Shown here piece by piece: positions 1-7,975 of a stretch of 64,000 nucleotides of DNA (positions are counted from its first letter, which is position 1; every line of letters begins with the position of its first letter). The DNA lies in the NCBI GenBank assembly GCA_007122335.1, contig SKTZ01000071.1:2524-66523 (forward strand), given 5' to 3'. The translations under genes were made by a program, and so were the position numbers. The DNA comes from Bacillota bacterium (GTDB lineage Bacteria; Bacillota; Halanaerobiia; B1SED10-174). A model generated the notes under the pieces. It made no database searches and was not told the origin of the DNA. It was given only the letters and a program-made list of their open reading frames with translations.

Positions 1-307
1 GGTCAATACCCAGATCTGCAAGACCTTCCAGGTAAATGTCCTGAATTTCCAGCGGACTGGGTTTCATGATAACCTGATACTGGTAATAATACTGCACCCG
101 GAAGGGATTTTCTCCATACCTTCCATCAGTCGGTCTCCGGCTGGGCTGGACATAACCCACGTTCCAGGGTTCGGGACCCAGAGCACGCAAAAAAGTTGCG
201 GGGGTCATCGTTCCCGCCCCTACCTCCAAATCATAAGGTTCCTGGATAATACAACCCTGCCGGGCCCAGAATGTATTCAGGCGAAAAATTAGTTCCTGAA
301 AATTCAT
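1..307 (-). CDS. glyQ: glycine--tRNA ligase alpha subunit (5' part; gene continues beyond window start)
   Basis: Reverse translation from ATG at 307 gives [68 protein letters not shown]..., the highly conserved GlyQ N-terminus. Not in the ORF track because it is truncated at the window edge. Confidence 0.85.
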   Translation of the reverse strand, partial: MNFQELIFRLNTFWARQGCIIQEPYDLEVGAGTMTPATFLRALGPEPWNVGYVQPSRRPTDGRYGENPFRVQYYYQYQVIMKPSPLEIQDIYLEGLADLGID

Positions 308-334
308 TGCCAAAACCTCCTTAACTTTTTTCCC

Positions 335-545
335 ACAAGAAAAAATAAACCCCGTCCCTCCAGGGACGGGGATTGTTCCCCGCGGTTCCACCCTGCTTAA
401 TCCATAAGCAGATTCACTCAAAAAAAATGACTCCAGGGCGCCCTTAAGAAACGGACAATACCGGGCTTCCACCATCACCGGTTCGCTGGGAAAACCTGCC
501 TTCTTAATCTTCCCCTTCACGGTCAGCATTATTCAATTAGAATTA
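335..545 (-). ncRNA. T-box riboswitch leader of glyQ(S), presumed glycine-specific
   Basis: Minus-strand sequence AAGCAGGGTGGAACCGCG (rc of 381-398) matches the T-box consensus AAnnnGGGTGGnACCGCG. A terminator hairpin immediately downstream (CCCCGTCCC-TGGA-GGGACGGGG + UUUAUUUUUU, 341-374) overlaps the T-box and could act as an antiterminator. A GGCA (Gly codon + purine) sits in the upstream stem region. A putative sigma-A promoter lies around 520-560. Confidence 0.75.
341..374 (-). terminator. intrinsic terminator of the T-box leader (attenuator)
   Basis: GC-rich 9-bp stem CCCCGTCCC/GGGACGGGG with a 4-nt loop, followed by a U-run on the minus strand. Confidence 0.75.
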
Positions 546-577
546 TATATTTTTTATACCAGAAATAAAGCCAACTG

Positions 578-1333
578 TCAAGAAGGTTCTTCCAGGAGGG
601 TTTGCAAAAAGGAAAGAGTTTTGAACCTTCTTTCCGAACGATATTCAATAAACTCAGCCAGCAAACTTTCCAGTTCTTTTTGCATTTTAGAATCCACCCG
701 AAGGTTAAAAAGCTGGCGCCAGGGAGTTCCCAGTAATCTGCCTAAAACCTGGCAGGTACCCCAACTAATTTCCCTATCAGATTCTTCAACGCATTCAGGA
801 CATTTAAGCCCTCCCTGGGCAACTGAGAAAAAAGCACTCCCTTTTCCCGGTTTTGTTTCCGCCCCACAATGAACGCAGTTTTCCAGGCGGGGGCGGTATC
901 CCAGGATTGACATTAGCCTGATCTCAAAACTCCTCAGCAGAATCCTTTCTACTCCCCGTTCTTTAAAAATTGCAAGGCTATTAAGCAACAGGGCAAAAAC
1001 AGCTTCGTTAGGGTCATCTTCTTCCATTAAAAAATCAACCATCTCGGCCAAATAGCTGGAAGCAGTCATTAATAAAAGATCTTCCCTTAAAGAAAGATTG
1101 CCCTGAATTATCTCCCCTGATCTCACCCGGGCCAGGGAAGATCCCTGATAGATTGATAGGTGGGAATAGGTAAAGGGCTGGACAAGAGCACTCATATTGC
1201 TTCGGGTTCTTCGCGCCCCATTGGCAACAGCACGAATTTTTCCCGAAGAACGGCTAAAAAAAGTAACCAGTCGATCAGCTTCACCCAGGTCCTTCCCCTT
1301 TAAGGCAATTGCCTCAGTCCTTATCACGGCCAT
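578..1333 (-). CDS. recO: DNA repair protein RecO
   Basis: 251 aa. N-terminal OB-fold-like region and C-terminal CxxC...CxxC zinc motif (CVHCG...CPEC) typical of RecO. Sits in the canonical glyQ-recO-era neighbourhood. Confidence 0.8.
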   Translation of the reverse strand: MAVIRTEAIALKGKDLGEADRLVTFFSRSSGKIRAVANGARRTRSNMSALVQPFTYSHLSIYQGSSLARVRSGEIIQGNLSLREDLLLMTASSYLAEMVDFLMEEDDPNEAVFALLLNSLAIFKERGVERILLRSFEIRLMSILGYRPRLENCVHCGAETKPGKGSAFFSVAQGGLKCPECVEESDREISWGTCQVLGRLLGTPWRQLFNLRVDSKMQKELESLLAEFIEYRSERRFKTLSFLQTLLEEPS

Positions 1334-1339
1334 CCCTTA

Positions 1340-2266
1340 TTATTCCTCCTGCCTGAAAACGCTTTTGATTAAACCTTCCCGGTTAAATTCCAGGATCCAT
1401 TCGTTAATTTTCGGCCGGCCCTCCGCCTGCCATTTATACCACAAACTCTCCGGTCTCTCTCTTACTTTTCCTTCTAAAACCTGGTTTAAAAGAAAAAGAA
1501 AAACACCCCAAAGCCTGGGGGAATCAAGAGGAAAAGCCCTACAGAAAGGCTGTATACCCCGCCAGAGATTATTTAGATCACGCCTCCAGTTTTCACACCC
1601 GTGTTTAATCCCCTCACCCTTTAACGGGACAAAGGTAACAGGAAAGGGAAAGGCTCTACCCAAAATTCTCTCTCCTTTTTCCAGCCTGACAAGGAGAATT
1701 GCACCATCGCTCAAAACAAGGGGAGTTACCAGCCTCCCTCCCACTTTAAGCTGTTCAATTAATTTAGGGGGAATAATTTCCGTTTGCGCCGTTATTATTA
1801 TCCGGTCAAAGGACGCTTTTTCTTTTTCCGGCCAGCCCAGAGTTCCATCGCCTGGCCTTATGTTCACTCCCGGGTATCCCCCCCGGGAGAGATTATCCCG
1901 GGCCCTGCTTATCAAGCCGGCTTCCCTTTCAATAGAAAAAACGAGGCTGTCATCTCCAGCAATATCAGCAAGTAATGCCGCATTATAGCCCGAAGCTGTT
2001 CCTATTTCCAGGATTTTCATTCCGGGCTCCAATTGCAAAATTTCCAGCATAGTTGCTATAACCTGCGGCTGGGAAACTGAACTTCCCGGAAATTTTAGCA
2101 TTACAGCCTGGTCAAAGTAGGCCTGTCGGGCAGGGATAACCCCCTCCAGGAAAACATGGCGGGGGACACGAGAAAAAGCCCCTGCAACAGAATTACTTTG
2201 AATGACCCCTCGCTCCAAAAGCCTGTCAACCATTCGGCGGCGTAAAATATCCATATCTTTAGGCAA
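1340..2266 (-). CDS. pcm: protein-L-isoaspartate O-methyltransferase with ~95-aa C-terminal extension
   Basis: N-terminal ~210 aa carry PIMT motifs (VLEIGTGSGYNAALLA, catalytic S in FPGSSVSQP). An extra C-terminal domain of unknown function follows. Confidence 0.8.
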   Translation of the reverse strand: MPKDMDILRRRMVDRLLERGVIQSNSVAGAFSRVPRHVFLEGVIPARQAYFDQAVMLKFPGSSVSQPQVIATMLEILQLEPGMKILEIGTASGYNAALLADIAGDDSLVFSIEREAGLISRARDNLSRGGYPGVNIRPGDGTLGWPEKEKASFDRIIITAQTEIIPPKLIEQLKVGGRLVTPLVLSDGAILLVRLEKGERILGRAFPFPVTFVPLKGEGIKHGCENWRRDLNNLWRGIQPFCRAFPLDSPRLWGVFLFLLNQVLEGKVRERPESLWYKWQAEGRPKINEWILEFNREGLIKSVFRQEE

Positions 2267-2269
2267 TAA

Positions 2270-2923
2270 TTATTTCCCCTCCATTATTGCTACCCCGGAA
2301 CTGGTTCCAAGGCGATGGGCTCCAGCCTCAATCATTTCCAGTGCTTTTTCTCTGTCTCTGATCCCACCTGAAGCCTTTATTTTGGCCTTCCCCTGCAGGG
2401 TTTCCCTGAACAGGCGGACATCTTCGACCGTAGCTCCACCAGAACCAAAGCCGGTTGATGTTTTAACGTATTCAACTCCAGCTTCCTGGGCAATCCGGGT
2501 TGCCTTTATTTTTTGTTCTCTATTCAGAAAACAGGTTTCAATTATTGCCTTAACTGGTTTTCCTTCAGCTGCTTCAACAACCCCGGTTATATCACTCCTG
2601 ACTTTCTCCAAGTCCCCATCCAGGAGAGCAGAAAAATTAATTACCATATCAATCTCATCTGCCCCATCTTTTAAGGCTCTCCTGACCTCATTGACCTTGG
2701 CAGAAGTATATGTTGCTCCCAGAGGGAACCCAACCACAGTTGCAACCAGCACACCCGTTTTTTGGAGAAGGTTTTTGGCTAGTTGAACATAGTAAGGCAG
2801 AACACAGACTGCAGCAAAACCATGTTCGCGGGCTTCAAAACAGATTTTTTCAACTTCCTTTTTCCCCGCCTGTGGTTTTAAAAGAGTATGGTCAACATAT
2901 TTGGCTAAATCTCTGTTTTCCAC
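2270..2923 (-). CDS. deoC: deoxyribose-phosphate aldolase
   Basis: 217 aa. DeoC signature (HTLLKP...K in KTSTGF Schiff-base region). Confidence 0.85.
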   Translation of the reverse strand: MENRDLAKYVDHTLLKPQAGKKEVEKICFEAREHGFAAVCVLPYYVQLAKNLLQKTGVLVATVVGFPLGATYTSAKVNEVRRALKDGADEIDMVINFSALLDGDLEKVRSDITGVVEAAEGKPVKAIIETCFLNREQKIKATRIAQEAGVEYVKTSTGFGSGGATVEDVRLFRETLQGKAKIKASGGIRDREKALEMIEAGAHRLGTSSGVAIMEGK

Positions 2924-2942
2924 AGTGCTCCCACCTCCTTTT

Positions 2943-3821
2943 TTAACGGTAGCCCAAACGGCGCATTTCTTCTTCCCGGTCCCGCCAGTCCTTTTTAACC
3001 TTTACCCAGATATCAAGATAAACCTTGCTTCCCAACAGTGCTTCAATATCTTCCCGGGCTTTCTGCCCGATTTCTTTCAGCCTGCTTCCTCCCTGCCCGA
3101 TTATAATTCCCTTTTGGGATTTACGTTGAACGTAGATGTGGGCGTGAATATCAACTAATTCCGAACCCTCTCTCTTTTTCATCCCCGTAACCTCAACAGC
3201 AAGAGAATGGGGAACCTCATCCCGGGTTAGAATAAAAGCCTTTTCCCGAATTAGTTCTGCGACGATAAACTGTTCGGGTTGATCTGTAACCATATCCTCG
3301 GGAAAATACTGAGGCCCTTCGGGCAATAAATCTTTTATCTTTTCCACCAGCACTTCTATATTATGTCTTTTTAATGCGGAAATGGTTAGAAATTCATCTT
3401 TAAAAAATTGCCTGTAGGAGGCAGTTTTTTTCTCATCAGAAAGATCTATTTTGTTTACCACACCAATAACAGGAGTTTTTACCTCCCGCAATAGTTCAGC
3501 AATATATTTGTCTCCCCCGCCAGGGTAATACTGCCCATCAACCAGAAATAAAATCCCGTCAACTTCATCCAGAGCTCTCAAGGCAGATTCCAGAAGATAT
3601 TCTCCCATTCGGTCCATTGGTTTATGAACACCTGGAGTATCGATAAAAACCATCTGGCAATCAGGCAGAGTTAAAACTCCCTGAACCTGGTGACGGGTGG
3701 TTTGGGGTCGGTCAGAAATAATAGTAATCTTTTGTCCGACCAGAGCATTTACAAGGGTGGATTTGCCAACATTAGGTCGACCAATAAGGGTTATAAAGCC
3801 TGATCTAAATCCATTTTCCAT
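2943..3821 (-). CDS. era: GTPase Era
   Basis: G1 motif GRPNVGKST, G3 DTPG, G4 NKID and a C-terminal KH domain. I moved the start to MENGFRSGF (3821), because the listed ORF start at 3884 overlaps cdd and exceeds typical Era length. Confidence 0.85.
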   Translation of the reverse strand: MENGFRSGFITLIGRPNVGKSTLVNALVGQKITIISDRPQTTRHQVQGVLTLPDCQMVFIDTPGVHKPMDRMGEYLLESALRALDEVDGILFLVDGQYYPGGGDKYIAELLREVKTPVIGVVNKIDLSDEKKTASYRQFFKDEFLTISALKRHNIEVLVEKIKDLLPEGPQYFPEDMVTDQPEQFIVAELIREKAFILTRDEVPHSLAVEVTGMKKREGSELVDIHAHIYVQRKSQKGIIIGQGGSRLKEIGQKAREDIEALLGSKVYLDIWVKVKKDWRDREEEMRRLGYR

Positions 3822-3834
3822 AGGTTTTTGCCCC

Positions 3835-4224
3835 CTAAAGATTTTCCGGTCCAAAAGCTTCTGGCAAAAGCTCTCGTAAATCAAAGGTGATTATTTCTTC
3901 CCGCCCAATTAAATGTATCTTAAGGTCAGGCTTAAATTCATAAAGGAATTGGCGGCAGGCTCCACACGGAGGGGTGGGGTTATCCTGGTCACCGACAATT
4001 GCGATAGCAATAAAATCCTTTTTTCCCTCGGAAATTGCTTTTACACACGCACTTCTTTCCGCACAAATTGTTAAACCATAGGAGGCGTTCTCTACATTAC
4101 AACCGGAAAAAATCTCTCCATCAGCGGTTAATAATGCGGCCCCAACTGGGAAAACTGAATAGGGAACATAGGCATTTTTCTGGGCCTCAAGAGCTTTTTG
4201 GATTAATCTATCTTCAACCATCAA
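3835..4224 (-). CDS. cdd: cytidine deaminase
   Basis: 129 aa. Zinc-binding CAER...PCGACRQ motifs of homotetrameric Cdd. Confidence 0.85.
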   Translation of the reverse strand: MMVEDRLIQKALEAQKNAYVPYSVFPVGAALLTADGEIFSGCNVENASYGLTICAERSACVKAISEGKKDFIAIAIVGDQDNPTPPCGACRQFLYEFKPDLKIHLIGREEIITFDLRELLPEAFGPENL

Positions 4225-5159
4225 TAACTTACCTCCTGTCCCCGGGGCACAATTTCAACCCAGGTTTTTCCTGCATTAAAATTAATCAATCTTCCCCGAT
4301 CGTCGAGGAAACTGGTCCATCCCGGTCCTACTTTCAACCAGGTTCCTTCAATGACCTGGCCGTCCTGAAAAACCAATAGGGGACCACTGCCCTCCAGGTC
4401 TACTCCAAGCCTTCCCTCTTCATCAAGGATCTGAGTTCGGACAAACTGGATTACTAAATTATCCACCTTTATGGGAGCCCCATTTTCAAGAACATGGGGA
4501 CTTCCATTGACATATCTCTGGTAATAGCCTTCCCAGGGAAGGTACCTGTATTCAACTATATTATTAGCGGAAAACCTTATTCTAACATTTTTCGCCTCCG
4601 GTTCAGTAAGAGAAGTAATGGTAATTGAGGAAAAAGGAAATCTCGATGCTGGAGGAGTGTAATTATGGGTTGCAAGAAAGTCTCTTAAATAGGGCCAGCC
4701 GGAAAATAGGTTATGGGGTGCGCGCAGGGAATTATCCCGGTAAAAATAATCCGAATGGTAAAAATCATCAAGATTATTAATACTCATCCTGTTAATGGCT
4801 TCGTAACCCCCGGGGCTGGCTCCAGCATGAAGCATCACAGCATTATATTCCCGAGCTTTTTGCACCATATATTCCCGGGCGCTTCGAATTGGACCGATCC
4901 TTGTTGGAATATCTTCATAAAAAAGCGCCATTAGCCGGGTTATACCTCCCTCAACAGGAAATTCATAAACTATTGAAGCCTTGTCAAGCCCGGATTGAGT
5001 ATTTCCAGGAACGAAATTATCAATAATAGCCATAACCGGGACCTTTCTTGCGTCACGTGGCAAGGCCAGACCCGTAAATGGAGAACTTGCTTCAATTAAT
5101 GGACTGAAAACAAGTAAAAAAAGGATAACTATAATAATTTTTCGGACTGAACCTACCAT
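4221..5159 (-). CDS. DUF3048 (YerB-like) secreted protein
   Basis: Signal peptide plus the conserved DUF3048 core (P.R.P..V.IDN....P..GL..A..VYE..VEGGITR). Confidence 0.65.
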   Translation of the reverse strand: MVGSVRKIIIVILFLLVFSPLIEASSPFTGLALPRDARKVPVMAIIDNFVPGNTQSGLDKASIVYEFPVEGGITRLMALFYEDIPTRIGPIRSAREYMVQKAREYNAVMLHAGASPGGYEAINRMSINNLDDFYHSDYFYRDNSLRAPHNLFSGWPYLRDFLATHNYTPPASRFPFSSITITSLTEPEAKNVRIRFSANNIVEYRYLPWEGYYQRYVNGSPHVLENGAPIKVDNLVIQFVRTQILDEEGRLGVDLEGSGPLLVFQDGQVIEGTWLKVGPGWTSFLDDRGRLINFNAGKTWVEIVPRGQEVSY

Positions 5160-5171
5160 ACCCTACACTCC

Positions 5172-6218
5172 TCACCCATCTTTTTTGCCCAGGGTAACAC
5201 TTTCCTGAACCTCGATTTCAACTTTAACCCCGAAAACTGCCAGCTCATTTCTCACTATATGCAGAGCACTGCTTAAAACTTCAGGAGAACCAATTGCCTT
5301 AATTACCACCGGATCAACAGGAACAGGTCTCTGGTTAACAAGTATTACCGGTCCTCCGCACCTTATGGCAGAGGTAGCAATTAATCTTTCCCCACCAACT
5401 TCTAACCCTTCCGCCCCTGCTGCAAAAAGTTCATTTACAATTCTCCGGATATCAGTATCGTGAACAATCTGGTCGTTGCGAAAACCCCCCTGGACATCAA
5501 AAACTCTGACCACAATTCCAGGGCCTTCCATTATTTCGTAACCGGAAATTCGGGCGAGTTGTTGCCATCTTCTTTGCCAGTCAGCAATAATCCTGTCTTT
5601 TTCCTGGATAATTTTATCCCTGTTTCCGATAATCTGCTCTTTTTCTTCAATAAATTTATTGAACTGGCTTGCGGAATAAATTTCAACCAGGTCTTCATTC
5701 CAGACAACTTCAATAGGACCCATCGTATCCAGGTAACTCAGGTTCTTTCCCACATTTTCAGGAAAGCTTACTGTCCCCGACCCTTCAATTAACTTGGTTT
5801 CCCCGGAATTTTCCTGGAAAATTAAAACATGGCCCTGTTCGGTTACAAAGTTAAATTCTCTTTCAATGTAATCAATAACCCGGTTAATTTCCCGGTAATG
5901 GTTTTCCCGGGCAACCAGATCCTGAATTCTTGAAGCATATTGGTGTAATATTTCCTTAATTTCAGCTTCGTCATCACTTCTTTCCAGTTCCCATTTCCCC
6001 TGGGCCAGGATTCTGTTCCCATTTTCTTCCAAATAATCTCTTTCTGCGAGCCAATCTTCCCAGAAAGCAAACAGAAATTCCCCCTGAAGTCTGGTTTCTT
6101 TAAGGGGATCTTCCTCTATTTCTTTTTCAGGCTCCCAGGATAAATATATTAAACCGAGATTGAGAAAAATTATTAAAATAAGGGCCAGATACAAAAAAAG
6201 GTTTTTGCTTTTTGCCAT
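5172..6218 (-). CDS. DUF881 (YlxW/YlxX-like) membrane-anchored protein
   Basis: N-terminal TM, coiled-coil middle, and a C-terminal DUF881 domain (GPGIVVRV...DIRRIVNELFAAGAEGLEV...RL). Confidence 0.65.
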   Translation of the reverse strand: MAKSKNLFLYLALILIIFLNLGLIYLSWEPEKEIEEDPLKETRLQGEFLFAFWEDWLAERDYLEENGNRILAQGKWELERSDDEAEIKEILHQYASRIQDLVARENHYREINRVIDYIEREFNFVTEQGHVLIFQENSGETKLIEGSGTVSFPENVGKNLSYLDTMGPIEVVWNEDLVEIYSASQFNKFIEEKEQIIGNRDKIIQEKDRIIADWQRRWQQLARISGYEIMEGPGIVVRVFDVQGGFRNDQIVHDTDIRRIVNELFAAGAEGLEVGGERLIATSAIRCGGPVILVNQRPVPVDPVVIKAIGSPEVLSSALHIVRNELAVFGVKVEIEVQESVTLGKKDG

Positions 6219-6823
6219 TATCTGGCCTCTCCTTTCTCTTTTCTTCCCGGAGGATTAAGAGCCCCCGCTGAAAAAACAAGTTTAAGCCCTTCTTCAACGC
6301 TCATATCCAAAAATTTGATGTCCCTTAAGGGAACAAAAACCAAATGCCCCGAAGTAGGGTTGGGTGTGGTCGGAAGGAAAATATGGACCAGGTTTTCTCC
6401 GGTTTTCTCCTGGATCTCTCCCAGCCCCCGGTAAGTAACAAACCCAATCTGGTAAATACCCCGGCGGGGATACTCAAAAACAACCACTCGTTTAAAAGCC
6501 GTTTTATTCCGAAGAGCAAGGGTATCAGTTAGTTGTTTTACGGCAACATAAATCTGCCGGATCACGGGAATCCGTCCCAGCAAACGCTCTCCAAAACCAA
6601 TTAGCCTTCTGCCCAAAACATTTGTTGCTACCAAACCAACTATCAGGATCAACAGTATGGCCGCAAGATACTCCAGCCCATACCTGGGGCCTCCGAATAG
6701 AAAATCAGCAAGGGGCTGAACAATTTGTCCCAAAAGACTGGCTAAAAGGGCAAGTATATAAATTGTTATTAATAAGGGCATTAAAACCAGTAAACCGGTA
6801 ACAAAATAATGACGAATTTTCAT
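6218..6823 (-). CDS. DUF502 membrane protein
   Basis: Two N-terminal TM helices plus the conserved DUF502 core (IPVIRQIY...VVVFEYPRRG). Confidence 0.65.
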   Translation of the reverse strand: MKIRHYFVTGLLVLMPLLITIYILALLASLLGQIVQPLADFLFGGPRYGLEYLAAILLILIVGLVATNVLGRRLIGFGERLLGRIPVIRQIYVAVKQLTDTLALRNKTAFKRVVVFEYPRRGIYQIGFVTYRGLGEIQEKTGENLVHIFLPTTPNPTSGHLVFVPLRDIKFLDMSVEEGLKLVFSAGALNPPGRKEKGEAR

Positions 6824-7530
6824 TACTGACCTCCTGCAAAAAACTGAAAAATGAGCACCGTTAAAAGAACCCCCAACAAACCTCCCCAGATAACCTCAGA
6901 AATTTTGTGTATCCTGCCCTCAACTCTGCTCTGGGCGACGAGAAAAGCCAGGGAAAACCCAATAAGAATTAAAAGAGGATTATCATTACCAAAACCAATC
7001 ACAGTAGCCAAACTAAAAGCCAAAGCGCTGTGCAAACTTGGCATCCCGCCCTGGAGAGAAAAAGTCTGATTTTGCTTGTACTTGATAAAAAATAAAACGA
7101 CCATTAACAATAAAACAAGGAAAAAAGTTAAATAAGCAGGTTGTTCTAAAAGCCAGTTAAATAGCCTGGGGGAAAAATCATCCAACCTGTTGTAAAATAA
7201 CAAAAAACCAATGATAGCAGCGTTCACAGAAGAAATTAAAACTGCCCCAGCAGCAATATTTTTAATTACCTTGGCCCGAGGGTGATAGTTTGGGGAAACC
7301 AGATCAATTATTCTTTCTACAACCGTATTAAAAAGCTCCATAACCAGGACCAGGGAGATAACAAACAAAAGTATAATAAATTCAACTCGGGTTAATCCCA
7401 AAAGAACTCCCAAAATTAAAACCAGCAAACCAATTATAACATGAATCCTGAGATTTCGCTCTGATTGAAAGGCCTGTTTAATCCCATCAATGGCAAAGGA
7501 AAAACTATCAACCAGTTTTCGAACAGCCAT
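6823..7530 (-). CDS. dgkA: diacylglycerol/undecaprenol kinase (DgkA) fused to a short PAP2-like phosphatase module
   Basis: Residues 1-115 match the prokaryotic DgkA family (NLRIH...MELFNTVVERIIDLVSPNYHPRAK...AAGAVL). The C-terminal ~100 aa carry PAP2 motifs PSLHSA (PSGH-like) and SRVEGRIHKISEV (SRxxxxxHxxxD-like). Confidence 0.65.
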   Translation of the reverse strand: MAVRKLVDSFSFAIDGIKQAFQSERNLRIHVIIGLLVLILGVLLGLTRVEFIILLFVISLVLVMELFNTVVERIIDLVSPNYHPRAKVIKNIAAGAVLISSVNAAIIGFLLFYNRLDDFSPRLFNWLLEQPAYLTFFLVLLLMVVLFFIKYKQNQTFSLQGGMPSLHSALAFSLATVIGFGNDNPLLILIGFSLAFLVAQSRVEGRIHKISEVIWGGLLGVLLTVLIFQFFAGGQ

Positions 7531-7531
7531 C

Positions 7532-7975
7532 CTAACTATCCTCCCGGTCCAGTTCTAAACGGGAAAGGATTTCCTCCTCCTTAACTCGCATTACTTCCCT
7601 TTGATCTTCTTTTTGATGATCATATCCTAAGAGGTGTAAAATCCCGTGCACTAAAAGAAAACCAAGTTCTCTGTCCAGGGAATGACCAAATTCCCTGGCC
7701 TGTTCTTTCGCCCTGGGCCAGGATATGATTATTTCCCCAAAATCATCTTCTCCAAGAGGAAAGGAAAGGACATCGGTGGTTTCATTCAGGCCGCGGTACT
7801 CATTATTCAGCCGTTGCATATCTTCATCATCAACCACGGCAATACTCAATTCTCCAGTTTGATAACCTTCCTGGGTAAGCGCAAACTCTGCAACTCGCAG
7901 CAAAAGCTTTTCTTTTTCCTCGACTCTTTTATCATTAAGTCCATTAAAAAACCCAATTTTAAAACCCATTCGCAT
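7532..7975 (-). CDS. ybeY: rRNA maturation endoribonuclease YbeY
   Basis: HGxLHLxGYDH zinc-binding motif (HGILHLLGYDHQ). Start chosen at an internal Met to limit overlap with the upstream gene; the listed ORF extends to 8011. Confidence 0.8.
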   Translation of the reverse strand: MRMGFKIGFFNGLNDKRVEEKEKLLLRVAEFALTQEGYQTGELSIAVVDDEDMQRLNNEYRGLNETTDVLSFPLGEDDFGEIIISWPRAKEQAREFGHSLDRELGFLLVHGILHLLGYDHQKEDQREVMRVKEEEILSRLELDREDS

